This document shows positions 26,040-38,134 of a stretch of DNA of 64,000 bases, piece after piece. The position numbers were made by a program, and so were the translations under genes. Origin of the DNA: Octopus sinensis (taxonomy: Eukaryota); contig NC_043015.1 in NCBI RefSeq assembly GCF_006345805.1, positions 22,444,001-22,508,000 of the forward strand, in the 5' to 3' direction. Within the stretch, counting starts at the first letter, position 1. Every line of letters begins with the position of its first letter. The notes under the pieces are model-generated. The model ran no database searches and had not been told where the DNA came from. It worked only from the letters and a program-made list of their open reading frames with translations.

Positions 26040-28350
26040 TTCAATTGTAGAAGTATCATAATTACTAAATGGTAATCGATTAGCATATTCAGGGCCATTT
26101 AGTCACCTACCAATCTGGTAGACACACTAGTCAAATTGACTACATCCTCACTAGGAAACAGGAAAGACGACTACTTGTAAATGCCCAAACCTTCCCAGGT
26201 GAAGAATGTACCCCACAATATAGATTAGTAGTTAGCGACTTCAGGATCAAGGCTAAATGGATGCCCAGAAGATGACTAGAATGGCGGAGAAGGGTCTGGA
26301 AGCTTAAGGATCCTGCAAAAAGAGATTGAGAGACATATTACTCAAAGCTGTGGAAGACAACTGGAGTTTTCTACAGGACAACCTTTTGAGGGCTAGTGAC
26401 CAGATCTGTGGATGGTGCAAAGTCTCCTCTCAACCCAAGGTAACATGGTGGTGAACAATGTTGTTGACAGGGCTAGTAAGGAAAAGAAACAGGCTTTGAA
26501 GGACTGGAAGACCGGTGATAGCAGGGAATTGTATCAGACTGCCAAAAGGGAAGCTAGGAGATAGGTTTATTTGGCCAGAGGGGAAGCAGATAAGGAAAAA
26601 TTTGTCAATGTTCTGTGCCGTGATGACCAAAGACTTGAAGTATTTTCCTGTTGCCAAACAGTGTGTGAGAGAGAATCACGATGTCCTAGGAGAGAAATGT
26701 GTCCTCATGGGTGACGGTTCACTTGCTTCAAACGAAGCTGCAAAGAGACAGGTTTGGAGACGCCATTATGAAAGTTTGCTAAATAAAGTGAATGAATGTG
26801 AGAAAGAGAGTCTGCCGAATGCCGGCCCAACAGAGGGACCAGCTATCTATCTAAATTGACAGTGCCTTGGTAGGTAAAGCAATTAAGGGTATGAAGACAG
26901 GGAAAGCACCCGGACAATCAGGAATCACCACAGAGATGCTCAAACTATCTAGCGGTGTCGGCTATAGCCTAGTCAACCAGGTGATACATGAAGGAGTCAT
27001 ACCCAATGACTGGTGTAGCAGCACCATAGTCAACTGCTAACAAAGGTAAAGGTGACGCATTAGATACAAATAATTACAGAGGTATCAAGTTGTTGGATCA
27101 GGTAATGAAGGTCACGGAGAGGGTCATAGCCCACGTAATTAGGGAGAGAGGTAGTCTAGATGTGATGCAGTTTCGGTTCGTGCCAGGGGAAAGCACCACT
27201 GATGCTATATTTCTGATAAGACAGATGCAGGAGAAATAGCTAGTCCAAGATAAAACTCTGTACCTGGCTTTCATTGACAGTGTCCTCCGATCCCCTATCT
27301 GGTGGTCAATGAGGAGACTAGAGATGGATGAATGTTTATTGAGAGCTGTACAAGCCATGTACAGTAAGGTGACGGTTGGCAACGAGTACAGTGAAGAATA
27401 TTGGGTAGGGGTAAGGGTCAACCTAAGATCAGTCCTCAGCCCCCTCTTATTCATTATAGTCCTCCAGGCAATAACAGAGGAATTCAAGACAGGCTGCTCC
27501 TCTATGCTGATGACCTTGCACTAATAGCAGAGTCACTGCTGGAACTGGAGCCAAAGGTAAGGGCGTGGAAGCAAAGTCTTAAATTGAATGGCCTTAGGGC
27601 TAACCTAGCCAAAACCAAAGTTTTAGTTAGTGTGCAGGCTGTCAAATCACAAACTCCTCTGTAGAAAAGGCATTGGTAGAAACTCCATACGATGCACCCG
27701 GTGTAAGCTATGGACACATAAAAGGTGCAGCAATATCAAAGGAAGGTTAACTGGGAAAATTATTTCTTGTGTGTGGCAGATGCAGTGGGGCAATAAACAC
27801 TGAAGGTGTTCAGAAAACAGCTTCCATTACATGCCTGGGGAAAAAACTAGAAGTAGTAAATACTTTCTACTACCTAGGCGACCAAGTATGTAGTGGGAGT
27901 GATTGTTCTGCGAGTGTAGCAACTAGAGTAATAATAGCCTGAGCAAATTCAGGGAGCTCCTACCTCTGCTGGCAGCTAAATGCCCCTCACTCAGGGGGAA
28001 AGGTGGACTGTATGATGCATGTGTGTGAACTGCCATGCTATACAGTAGTGAAACATGGGCCATGAATGCCGAGGACATGCGTAGGCTTGCAGTATGCTTG
28101 AGTCAAGTAAAACCAATACCGTAGCTGGGGGCCGGTGACCCGCTAGCTGGCTCCTGTGCTGATGAGACATAAAGAACACCCACTACACTCTCAGAATAGT
28201 TGGCGTTAGGAAGGGCATTTAGATGTAGAAATTATGCTAGACTAGATTGGAGCCTGTTGCAGCAGCTGGCTCTCCAAGACTTCAGTCAAACTGTCCAACC
28301 CATGCCATCATGGAAAACGGACGTTAATCGATGATGATGATGACAACGAC
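26040..28350 (+). mobile_element. Degenerate 5'-truncated RTE-clade LINE (endonuclease end, RT, 3' UTR with (GAT)n tail)
   Basis: SQIDYILTRK, NYRGIKLLDQVMKVTERV, MQFRFVPGESTTDAIF, LSPLLFIIVLQAITEEFKTG, LYADDLAL, HKRCSNIKG. Internal deletion near 28100. Tail GGAAAACGGACGTTAATCGATGATGATG. Confidence 0.92.
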
Positions 28351-29059
28351 GATAATTACATTAGTAATAAAGTTGGGTGCAGACAAGAGCGATTTGTAGT
28401 AGAGAGCAATAGCGTTTGGAGCGAGCAAAGAGTTGGCGGCCGGCGATGCGATCGATCGAAAAGCTGTCATCTCGGCGGCGATATCGTCTGTGAGTGTGTG
28501 TCCGGTAGCGTACGTAACACACGGACGCATCGCGTTTATGCACGCGGCTAAGGCAGCTATTGCTCTCTAATAATCGCTTGCTTTTTATTAACTTAATGCA
28601 TTCTTCACTTCGGCATACTGGGCAGAGATAGCATCGCATTCATGCACGCATTAGCTGTCTATCACCGCCTTAGCTATCATAAACAAACACAAGTTCATGT
28701 ATGATATTAATCTTTCTTCTACTTCAATTATTACATGGTTTTCTCTTATAAAAATACACACATACAGGAGAAGTAAATTATACATATAATACTATAAATG
28801 TGGCTCTCGATAAACAGTCAAAGTAATTACCTGATCAACAATGGGTTTTACTGCTAGTATATATGTATACTAGCAGTATACAGGTGACCAAATCTGATTT
28901 TCTAAAAATATCACTCAAGTATAATATTTTTTTTAAACTCAGAAAGTCTTTCCAAAATTTTATTAGCTGTATCAGTTTGTCTTGGAGTTGTAATGAGTCA
29001 TCTGACTCTTGAACATGAAAAAGTGGATTAATGGCTCCTACAAATTCACTAGTCTTTCA

Positions 29060-30437
29060 AGGCTCATGCCTTTTGACCCATCTTACTTCTGTGTGAAGCA
29101 ATAGGGTTTTAAAATCTTTTAAAATCTTCAACTTCACAGAGTTTGATTTGACAATGTTATTTGTATGTATGGAAGTGTTGAGTGCATTTTCCATGTGTCC
29201 TCCAATATTCTTAGCAACCACATGCTGTCTGTGGATAATGCAACATATATTTAAAATGTGAGGAGCAACCGATTTCATTCTAGAAACAAAGCCTTTCACT
29301 TTTCCAGTCATGGCTGCAGCTCCATATGATGCAGTGTTGATCAAATTAGTCGATGGAATATTTTTATCATTAAAATACTGCATTACTTCATTGAATATAT
29401 CTTCTCCATTAGTTGTTTAAAAAAAACTTTTATGAATAACATTTCTTCCCTTATATCATCTTCATGGTTGAATCTGACATAGACCAGAAGGATAACTTGG
29501 TTATGAATTGTGCTATCATCAACCTGGATAGAAAAATTGGTCGTTCGGAGAATTTCCACAATCTTCTTTCTCCTCAACAAAATTAGACATTTCATCCTGT
29601 CTTCTTGTAATTGTGTTATTTGAAAGTGGAATTGTACTCAGAGTAGGTTCAGCATCTTTTCCCAGAACCTCATTTGCTCAAGCTATCATAGCAGGCTTGA
29701 CAAGATTCTCACCTTAAATCTGAGGTGCTGCAACCTTGGCAATAATTTCAGAAACCAAATAACTTGGTTTGAGTATCTTTACTTTTTCAACATTTATCTT
29801 CTTTACAAAGTCAGGTAGTTTGATTAGCTGTATTTTCTTTTTATTCTCAAAATATTCCCGACCTTTACCAACAGATGATGGATGCCTTAATTTCTGGTGC
29901 TGCTCCAGCTTAACTATCTTCATGGAATAATTTGTCATGATGGCATTATATTCAAGATACATAGGTTTTGAGTCTACAGATACAAAACCAAACATGATAA
30001 AATCTTCTTTGCATTTCTTCAGTTTTGCCTTTTTAGCAGTTGGTTCAGTTATTACAACTGATCATAAAAAAAATAAAAATAATAAATATTTTATTTCTAT
30101 AAATTTAAAGTATCAAATTTATTATTAAACAATATATGTAGTGATCTATTAAAAATATCGAATTTATTATGAAACTGTTGTGATTATAAAATTTAAATTA
30201 TGTAGTTCTTGATTGTAATATATCATTGATTATATATTATACATCATTGATTCTTATGGTATAATTATTGAATTTTGTTTTCTTATTATTATTCTGTCTT
30301 CATATAAATTATTATTAACTAACAGTGTCTTTATTATCAAACAATATTGTGTAGATCTGAAATGGCTTCAATTTTTTACGGCTACGAATTCTCTGGGGAC
30401 CACTGGCAGGTTCCAGGGACCACATTGGGAATCACTG
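29060..30437 (-). mobile_element. hAT (Charlie/Buster-type) transposon relic: 5' terminus plus N-terminal half of a disrupted transposase
   Basis: FGFVSVDSKP...KLEQHQKLRHP (BED-like), SYLVSEIIAK, FSIQVDDST, LVYVRF, GAAAMTG, CIIHRQ, LLLHTEVRW. Terminus CAGTGATTCCCAATGTGGTCCC at 30437, flanked by CTTTAAAC (nnnTAnnn pattern). The other end was not found. Confidence 0.88.
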
Positions 30438-30714
30438 CTTTAAACAATACTGGATGAAATGAATATTGAAATTATTTACAAATTTTGTTAGTACATGAAA
30501 CATGTTATAATTTACAAGTTCCAGTAGAATATGTGACAAAGATAATATTCCTAGCTGAACTTATTCCCTTTAATTTTCTTGTACCAGAAACTTCCAACCC
30601 CAGCCAATATTAACGCCAGATAACTTACGCAGGACATTTTCATAATAAAGAAGAAAAAATTAAAAGGCTTTCATCTTTTTCTCTTAAACAAAAGAATTTT
30701 TATAAAGATATATA

Positions 30715-30905
30715 TAAGGATAGCTTTATGGTTGAAAAATTTGCTTCACACCCATGGGTTTCTGGGTTCAATTATGCTGTATGGTATATTGGGTAAGTGT
30801 CTTTTACTGTAGTCTTAGGTTGATCAATGTCATGTGAGTCAAATTGGGAGAATGATTCTATGAAGAAGCCCGCAAGATGTGTTTGTGTGTATGTGTGTGT
30901 GTTCA
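30715..30905 (+). mobile_element. SINE family B, head and core (degenerate)
   Basis: TGGTTGAAAAATTTGCTTC...GGGTTCAATT...TGGGTAAGTGTCTTTTACTGTAG...GAAGAAGCCCG, followed by (TG)n. Confidence 0.65.
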
Positions 30906-32429
30906 TTTACATGTTTACTACTCTAGTATACTAGGCTATCAAAGGTTACTTTCAATGAACAGGCATCGTTAAAATGGGACCCTGCCCTATGTTTGGAATT
31001 ATCTCTAATATTGATAGGGTCAATGAAAGACACCCAAAGACAGTGCCTGAGCATGGTCATAGCACACTGACTGAAATTAATAAAAGAAGAAACAATTCTA
31101 GGTTTCAAAACATTTTTTAATGATAAACATCCAAATGTAAAGACAATGTTAAATGACTTTTCCAGGTGTAAATGTATGCATACATGCATAAATGGAATTT
31201 CCTTCTAAGTAGAAGTTCACCCGAAACAAAAGTCATGGAAATTATTAGAATGAATATTCTTTGGGTGGGAGATCAGAATAAATAAAAGAATGCAAGTGAA
31301 TGTGTCATGTAAAGTGGGATGGGTGGGTTGGTGAGGTGCACAGCTGCCTTCAGAGACAACAGTAAAAAATCTCTGGTTTCATAATGGTTGAATCATTCGC
31401 CCCAAACAATGAGATTTTTGTTTCTTTTTTAAGACATGTAATAGTAGACATGTAGTAGGGGAATACTTATATTGATAGGAATCATTAATTAACAAGAAAA
31501 TAATTATACATACACACACACATATATATATATATTTATAAATATATATATACAAAATGAGAAAATGGAGAAATATATCCAAATCAATCATCAACCATCA
31601 GATAATACCGAATCAATACTTTATTAAACCACTACACAATAGCAATGATATTATACATTAATATAGTGCAAATATAACAAGACATAGAAATACATTTACA
31701 TTGTAGCTGACAGCTGTTTCGGCCATGAAGACAGGTATGTCCCATTTAACCTATTAGCCATATAAAGCAGGTATAAATGAGACATTAACAAGAATATCTC
31801 ACGGCCTCTTCAGAGAATTTAATGCAAGTATGAAAAAAATTACATATAAATATAAATATGTGTGCATACACACTCATATTCTTACATATATATATATACA
31901 CAATAATACAATATAAACAATATAGATCAATATACATCAACAAACACAATAATGTTCCATATTGAACTCCACAGTTCCATAACCAACATCAAGAAACCAC
32001 AACATGTACACTCACACTCAAAGCAGGCATATATATTGAACAGTCCAATATATTAAAATGTGCCATTTCACAAAAAGTCAATAAAATTAATATCACCACG
32101 ACTGATACATATATATTTCAATCATATATATACATATATCATATGTATATATACATATAAATATCATCAAATGCATGTATGTATCTGAATATGTCTTGTT
32201 TGATTTACATGTTTTTCGAGTGAAGTATGTTTTAAATTAAAAAATGATTGAAGTATTCTTTCACAACCAGATGCCTTTCCTGTCATTAACACTTGACTGT
32301 GTTTAAATAAGGAATCTTAATTACACATGTCTTGAAAGGCTTGAAGTAAGCAGACAATTTGTCAACCAGAGAAAGACAACAGCAAACCTTGTAGCTTGCA
32401 ACTTTTATAGAGCACAAACATAAACAGAT

Positions 32430-32590
32430 ATACACACATATTATATAGATAATTTCTTACAGCTTCCATCTATCAAATTCACTCACAAGGATTTGGTCAA
32501 TCTTGGCTATCATAAGTGATACTTGGCGAAGTTTGCCATGCACTGGGACTGAGCTCAAAACCATATGATTAAGAAGGGAACTACGTGCCT
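32430..32590 (-). mobile_element. SINE family B, head and core (degenerate)
   Basis: CAGCTTCCATCTATCAAATTCACTCACAAGG...ACTTGGCGAAG...GGGACTGAGCTCAAAACCATATG. Confidence 0.7.
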
Positions 32591-32628
32591 GTGCCTTCTA
32601 TCAGTCTTTCTGTACATATGTATGCGTG

Positions 32629-32672
<44 letters not shown>

Positions 32673-32976
32673 TATAGTATGTAGATAGGCTTGTAATCGA
32701 AGCCGTGTCCTTGTGAAGCACACCTGTATATTCCAGTATGCCAATATTGTATGTAGATGTTATAATTGTGTGAGGTATGTATAAGAGTAGAAAAATATTG
32801 GAAAATAATATTTGCAGAGTAATTACGCATCAAAACAGTAGAGTGGAAAAATTTTTAGTATTATTTATTCACCATTGCACATGTTTCATTTGCTAGTACG
32901 AGTTAGAATATTATACATGTAAGAGAAAATTATAAAATATCTCTTATTAAAAACTCCTCAGACAGCGAATCAATTA

Positions 32977-34207
32977 TCAGATTGAATAAAAAATAAGCAA
33001 CGTTTTGAACCATGAAGAATTTGTACCAGATTTTTGCAGGGTTTTGAATTTTTGTTAAACATTTTTTTGCAGTTGTCTGATAATACAGATATAAACTTAC
33101 CCAAATGCATCAATAAATTAACATTTATTTTTTTTTCCCCATTCATACAATCATCTGAAAGGGAACTGTGAAAGTGCGATATTTGAGCAGTTTTGCAATT
33201 CAACTTCAAAAAAGGATGTAAAGCAGCTAAAACTGTTCATGATATCAATGAAACATTTGGTGGGGAAATGACCAGTGAGAGGTCAGCTTGAAAATGGTTT
33301 AAATGATTTTGCAGATTGTGAGCATTATGGACGCCCATCTGTCATCGATGACAGTCAAGTAGAGACTGTCATTGAGAAAGATCCATATAAAACCACTTGA
33401 GAACTGGCAAAAGAACTTCAAGTTAGTCAGAAAACTGCCTGCAACCATTTTCATGCAATCAGAAAATCAAAAAAGCTCGACAAATTTGAATGAAAATCAG
33501 AAAATGCTTATTGCTTCTTCTCCGCAACCAGACCAATCCATTTCTTGACCATATTGTAACTTGCAATGAAAAGTGGATTCTGTACAATAAAAAACGTTCT
33601 TTGCAGTGTGGTTGGAGCAAAATGAAGCACCAAAAACCTTCCCTAAACCCAAGCTCTTCAAGAAGGTTATGGTGACTGCTTGGTGGTGTACTTTTGGAAT
33701 CATCCATTATAACTTTTTAAAATCTGGAAAAAACATTACTGCAGAAACATATTGTCATGAAATTGCCAAAGTGAAGAGAAAAACCGCTAATCCTCTGTCC
33801 CAGACTGGTCAACAGAAGAAGAGGCCAACCATTCTTCATAACAATGCTCGACATAAATTTCACTAATGATGCTCCAAAAGTTGAAGGAACTTGGCTATGA
33901 ATTTCTTCCCCACCCAGCTTATTCCCCAGACCTTTCTCCTACCGACTACCACTTTTTCAAGCACCTTGATGGTTTCCTGAAAGAGAAGGAGTTCAAAAAT
34001 CAAACTGATGCTGAAACTGTGTTCAAGGAGTTCATCAGCCAGAACTCCAGATTTTTATGTTACCAGAATAAACAAACTTGTAACTCATTGGCACAAATGT
34101 GTTGATTGTAATGGTACTTACTTTGATGAATAAAATTTCCACATTGCTGAAATATATTGTGATGAATTTCATGTTTCAAAACGTTGCTTACTTTTTACTC
34201 AGCATGA
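32977..34207 (+). mobile_element. Near-full-length mariner (D,D34D type) transposon with a pseudogenised transposase
   Basis: ~30-bp imperfect TIRs (TCAGATTGAATAAAAAATAAGCAACGTTTT and AAAACGTTGCTTACTTTTTACTCAGCATGA), both flanked by TA. Motifs IVTCNEKWILY, KKVMVTAWW, LHNNAR, HPAYSPDLSPTDYHFF. Many stops and frameshifts. Confidence 0.93.
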
Positions 34208-34504
34208 TAATACTCTCTAATTTTCTGTCAGAAGACTTTCTAACAGAAGATATCTTACATGTTTCTCTGTTAAATACAATTTTGTAACCCCTATTAGTAA
34301 ATGAAACATGTGTAATGGTGAATAAATAATACAAAAATTTTTCTTATCTCCTGTTTTGATATATGTATATGTTATATTATATACAAGATATACTATATTA
34401 TCATTAATTGATGGATGCAAAGAAATAAGAAACTTGAAGTAGTCAACTCCAAAATATAGTTGGGGTAGGTAGAATGGGAAGAAGTAAATGTCAATAAGAA
34501 CTAA

Positions 34505-34556
34505 CTCAGTCTTGCCAACAGATGCCAGGACCAAAAAGTGATGATGATGATGATCA

Positions 34557-34623
<67 letters not shown>

Positions 34624-35140
34624 AATATGGCGTAAAAGAAAGAAAATGGTAAATCTAGTTGAGTTGCTCATGAAGATAACATGGATGCCGCTCGAACTCA
34701 AAAGATTGGCTGTTATGAAAACCTCCGAGAGGAATGTGAAGACACAGGCTGGAAAGCAGAGCATTTTTCAATCAAAGTTGGATGTAGAGGGTTTGTTGGA
34801 CACAGTGTGACGTGACTATTGCCATCATTGACTTAATTCATCGCAAAGCAAATACCACTAGGAGTAATATCCAAACTACACTGGAAAAGGTAAACGACTG
34901 GATTTGGTTAGAAAGCAACAATGAGCAATGGCTAGAAGAATATTGAGTGAAACCTGATGACCAGTTGATCTAGCAAGCAGGGTCTCATTTCAGTGAGGGG
35001 TGCCCAATGATGCTGTCAAGAGATAGGTCCCGAAATGGCAGGTATTCTCTCCTAATGGCCCCATAAACTTGCTAGCATCTGGTATGCAGGGCTTCCAACA
35101 GGTAACACTTGCATCTGCATGTTGTTTGCAAAAAAATATT
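34505..35140 (+). mobile_element. 3' fragment of a HERO/NeSL-like LINE (restriction-like endonuclease domain), interrupted by (TGA)n(AT)n
   Basis: With a frameshift: IIWRKRKKMVNLVEL-AHEDNMDAARTQKIGCYENLREECEDTGWKAEHFSIKVGCRGFVGHSV...EKVNDWIWL, matching the HERO-type ELTVPWEE...KY..L...C...GW....VEVGCRGF pattern. A-rich end near 35130. Confidence 0.8.
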
Positions 35141-35154
35141 TAAAAATATATATT

Positions 35155-35548
35155 CGACCCTGTGCTTGAGGAAACCTATTGAGTCAAGTACATCAACATC
35201 AAAAATCAATGGAAATTGTAGTTGTGATCCCTGTGCCGGTGGCATGTCAAAAGCACCGTCCGGATGTGACCAATGCCAGCGCCGCCTTCACTGGCTTCCA
35301 TGCTGGTGGCCTGTAAACAGCACCAATCCAATCGTGGCCATTGCCAGCCTCGCCTGGCACCTGTGCCAGTGGCACGTAAAAAGTACCCACTACACTCACG
35401 GAGTGGTTGGCATTATGAAGGGCATCCAGCTGTAGAAACACTGCCAGATGAGACTGGAGACTGGTGCAGCCTTCTGGCTTCCCAGATCCCGGTTGAACCG
35501 TCCAACCCATGCTAGCATGGAAAACGGACATTAAACGATGATGATGAT
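35155..35548 (+). mobile_element. RTE LINE 3' UTR fragment with (GAT)n tail
   Basis: Close reverse-complement match to 38135-38470. Confidence 0.9.
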
Positions 35549-35819
35549 ATTCATGATCCGCATTATCATCACTTTTCTATGCTGGCATTAGTTGGGCAGA
35601 ACTGAGCCAGTACCTCCACCTCCAATCCCAACTGAGTTGCAGGACTACATTTTGTTCATACTTTCTCTTTGCAACATAAGTTTCTGTCTGGATTTAACAC
35701 CAACCACCTTACAAAATATGTATTTGTGTGTGTGAGGGTGTAGTTAGTATAACAAATAGGAGAAAAACTATTCAATAATATAGTAGGGGGTAACATATTT
35801 TAGTTGATCCAGTAGCATC

Positions 35820-36010
35820 ATAGACAATGTCTTTGTGTTTGTCCCTATCCCAAATTAACAATTGGTGTTGTTTTGTTTATGTCCTTACAACTTCACGGTT
35901 TAGCAAACGACACTGATAAATAACAAACTTAAAAATATGTAGTGGGCGCAATTAGTTTCACTAAACCTTTCAAGGTGGTGCCACAGTTCAATAACTGAAA
36001 CAAGTAAAAG
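35820..36010 (+). mobile_element. SINE family B, 3' half
   Basis: GTGTTTGTCCC...CACGGTTTAGCAAA...AAGGTGGTGCC...ACTGAAACAAGTAAAAGA. Confidence 0.65.
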
Positions 36011-36534
36011 AGGTAATGTATGAATGTGTATATAAGAACTACACATACACAACCTATCTGTAGATAGAATAACAAAAAGAGAGGAGACACACAGGCAGTA
36101 ATAGAGAAGCTAGTTATATTAGTCAGCAATTGTTAGACTTTTGAGAAAATCTAAATATATAAGTTTACTTGTATGTCTGTATCCAACAATGTATATTATT
36201 CTCAGACTTGCACGTTATTTGAAATACAAAAAGGTCACAAATTTCCAGAACTTTCACATATATTGCTCAGACGAAACTTGGCTGAGTGACCCAAGTGTCT
36301 TATGTTCAGTAATCTTCTATTTATTAGACAAGACAAACATGTAAGCACTGAGGTGCGACTGGCACCTTTATTTATGATACTGAGAATGATGGATTTTAGT
36401 TCAAATAAGAATGCAATTATTTTGTTTAACATTGTTACAGTAGATTGTTTCAATATTAAAGTGATGTAATTCAATTTAAAAGATCTCTGATATCACCGTT
36501 AAAAAACCAGTGTTCAATTCTTGTTTCATCTTAA

Positions 36535-36720
36535 CTCCTTAACATTCAGATTGTTTATTCACATTGCTTTTAATTAATCATGCATTACCTGTAGCCTTGA
36601 GATTTAATTGATCTGATTGCTTATTTTTAGATTGACTTTCTAGAGGCCAGGCCTGACCGGTTTGAAAATAAAACAGGTAGAATATTTGGGCCAGATATGG
36701 CCGGTTTAAATGCTAAAAGG
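36535..36720. mobile_element. Possible piggyBac-type MITE
   Basis: TTAA then CTCCTTAACATTCAG on the left; AAATGCTAAAAGG on the right (imperfect short inverted ends). The right TTAA is not preserved. Confidence 0.4.
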
Positions 36721-37479
36721 AGAAACATATCAATTAAAATCTTCCTTGCTACATGGAGAGGAAGCTACTCTGTCATGTGTTAACATCATCAGATGATCTA
36801 GTTCTTATTCCCATGTTTCAATAATGTGAGTGTCATCATGTAGTCAACATCATTTAACATCCATGTTTCATGCTGGCATGGGTTGGACAGTTTGACGATG
36901 AAGAATTAATTGTTATGTCCAAATATACAATGAAACATCAATGCTTCATTGCAATATATATAAGCAGATAAAAAAAATCATAGTGACTGCCTGCAAGCGA
37001 GTATGACTTAGTAATGTATATCATGCTTTCACCATTATTTTAAGTGTCTACATAGTTACAAGCAGATAGACACTCTACTGACCTTCTCACCTTATCTCAT
37101 AATTTTGTTGATCCAAACACCTGATTAATAATTCAAGAAAGTAGTTATTTACTCAGACTGTTCAAATTGATTATGTTTATTTACTTGGGAACATGACTAT
37201 AAAAGAATTTAGCATCAAATTTGATTTCAACTTACATTTTCCACAGCTATTCTAACAACAGTGTAAAATACTTCTGTAACCTTCGGAGGAAACATGACTC
37301 CTCCTTCACTCCTCTCCACCCTTATTTATGGTTTGAGAATAATTCTATAATTGTTGTAAACTGGAATAGAACTTACTCTCTTTCTGCTCACATCCATTCT
37401 CCATTTAATGCTACTTTTAGAGAGATAGATTAGATAAAATGGACTCAAAGACCAACTAGAAAGTGAAGAAAGTAGTACT

Positions 37480-37735
37480 AACTTAGGATGTCTCATAGAT
37501 AGTGGTGGCAATGGTGTTGGAGGTGGTAGATAGATGTGGTTATCATGGCAGTGGTGGTGGTGGTGTAGTGTTGACAGTGGATGTGTATGATGGCAGCAAT
37601 TATAGTGTTGGTGTTTTTGCAGAGGTGGTGGGTAGTGGGGGTGCGCGAAGTGGATGATGATGATAATGATGATGATAGAAGTAGTGGCATTGATTATGTT
37701 AGGATGTCTCAGTAGTGGTTGTGAAGATGATTCTG
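37480..37735. repeat. Degenerate (GGT)/(GAT) trinucleotide low-complexity tract
   Basis: Direct reading. Explains the His/Ile/Pro-rich ORFs at 37326-37889. Confidence 0.9.
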
Positions 37736-38134
37736 ATATGATAGTCTTTGCATGAGGTGGTGGCAGAGTCAGAGTAAATAATAAGAGCCCAGTTAAACAC
37801 AAGATTCTTAAATTTGGAGATCTTAAGATAGAGAGCAAGAAGTTAAAAGTTTCCAATACTGTCCCAATTCCTACACCCCAGATCTTCAACTATTTTATAA
37901 GAAAGGGGTTAATGGCAGGTGTGTACAAAAAATACATAAATAAATTACTGTTTTATTCTTTGGCAACACACGTGTTTCATGAGGTACATCCTCGGGTTCC
38001 TAACCACCACACCTTGTTTCCCTGGAAACCCTCTCAAGATGCCAACACAATCATCAGCCCTGTTATTGTGTGTGAAGAGACAGAGAGAGTAATGTGTGAA
38101 GAGCGAGAGATAACTGAAATTTTTTACTCGGTGT

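Noticed and set aside
37326-37889. 187-aa His/Pro-rich ORF
   Set aside because: Driven by a degenerate GGT/GAT repeat tract.
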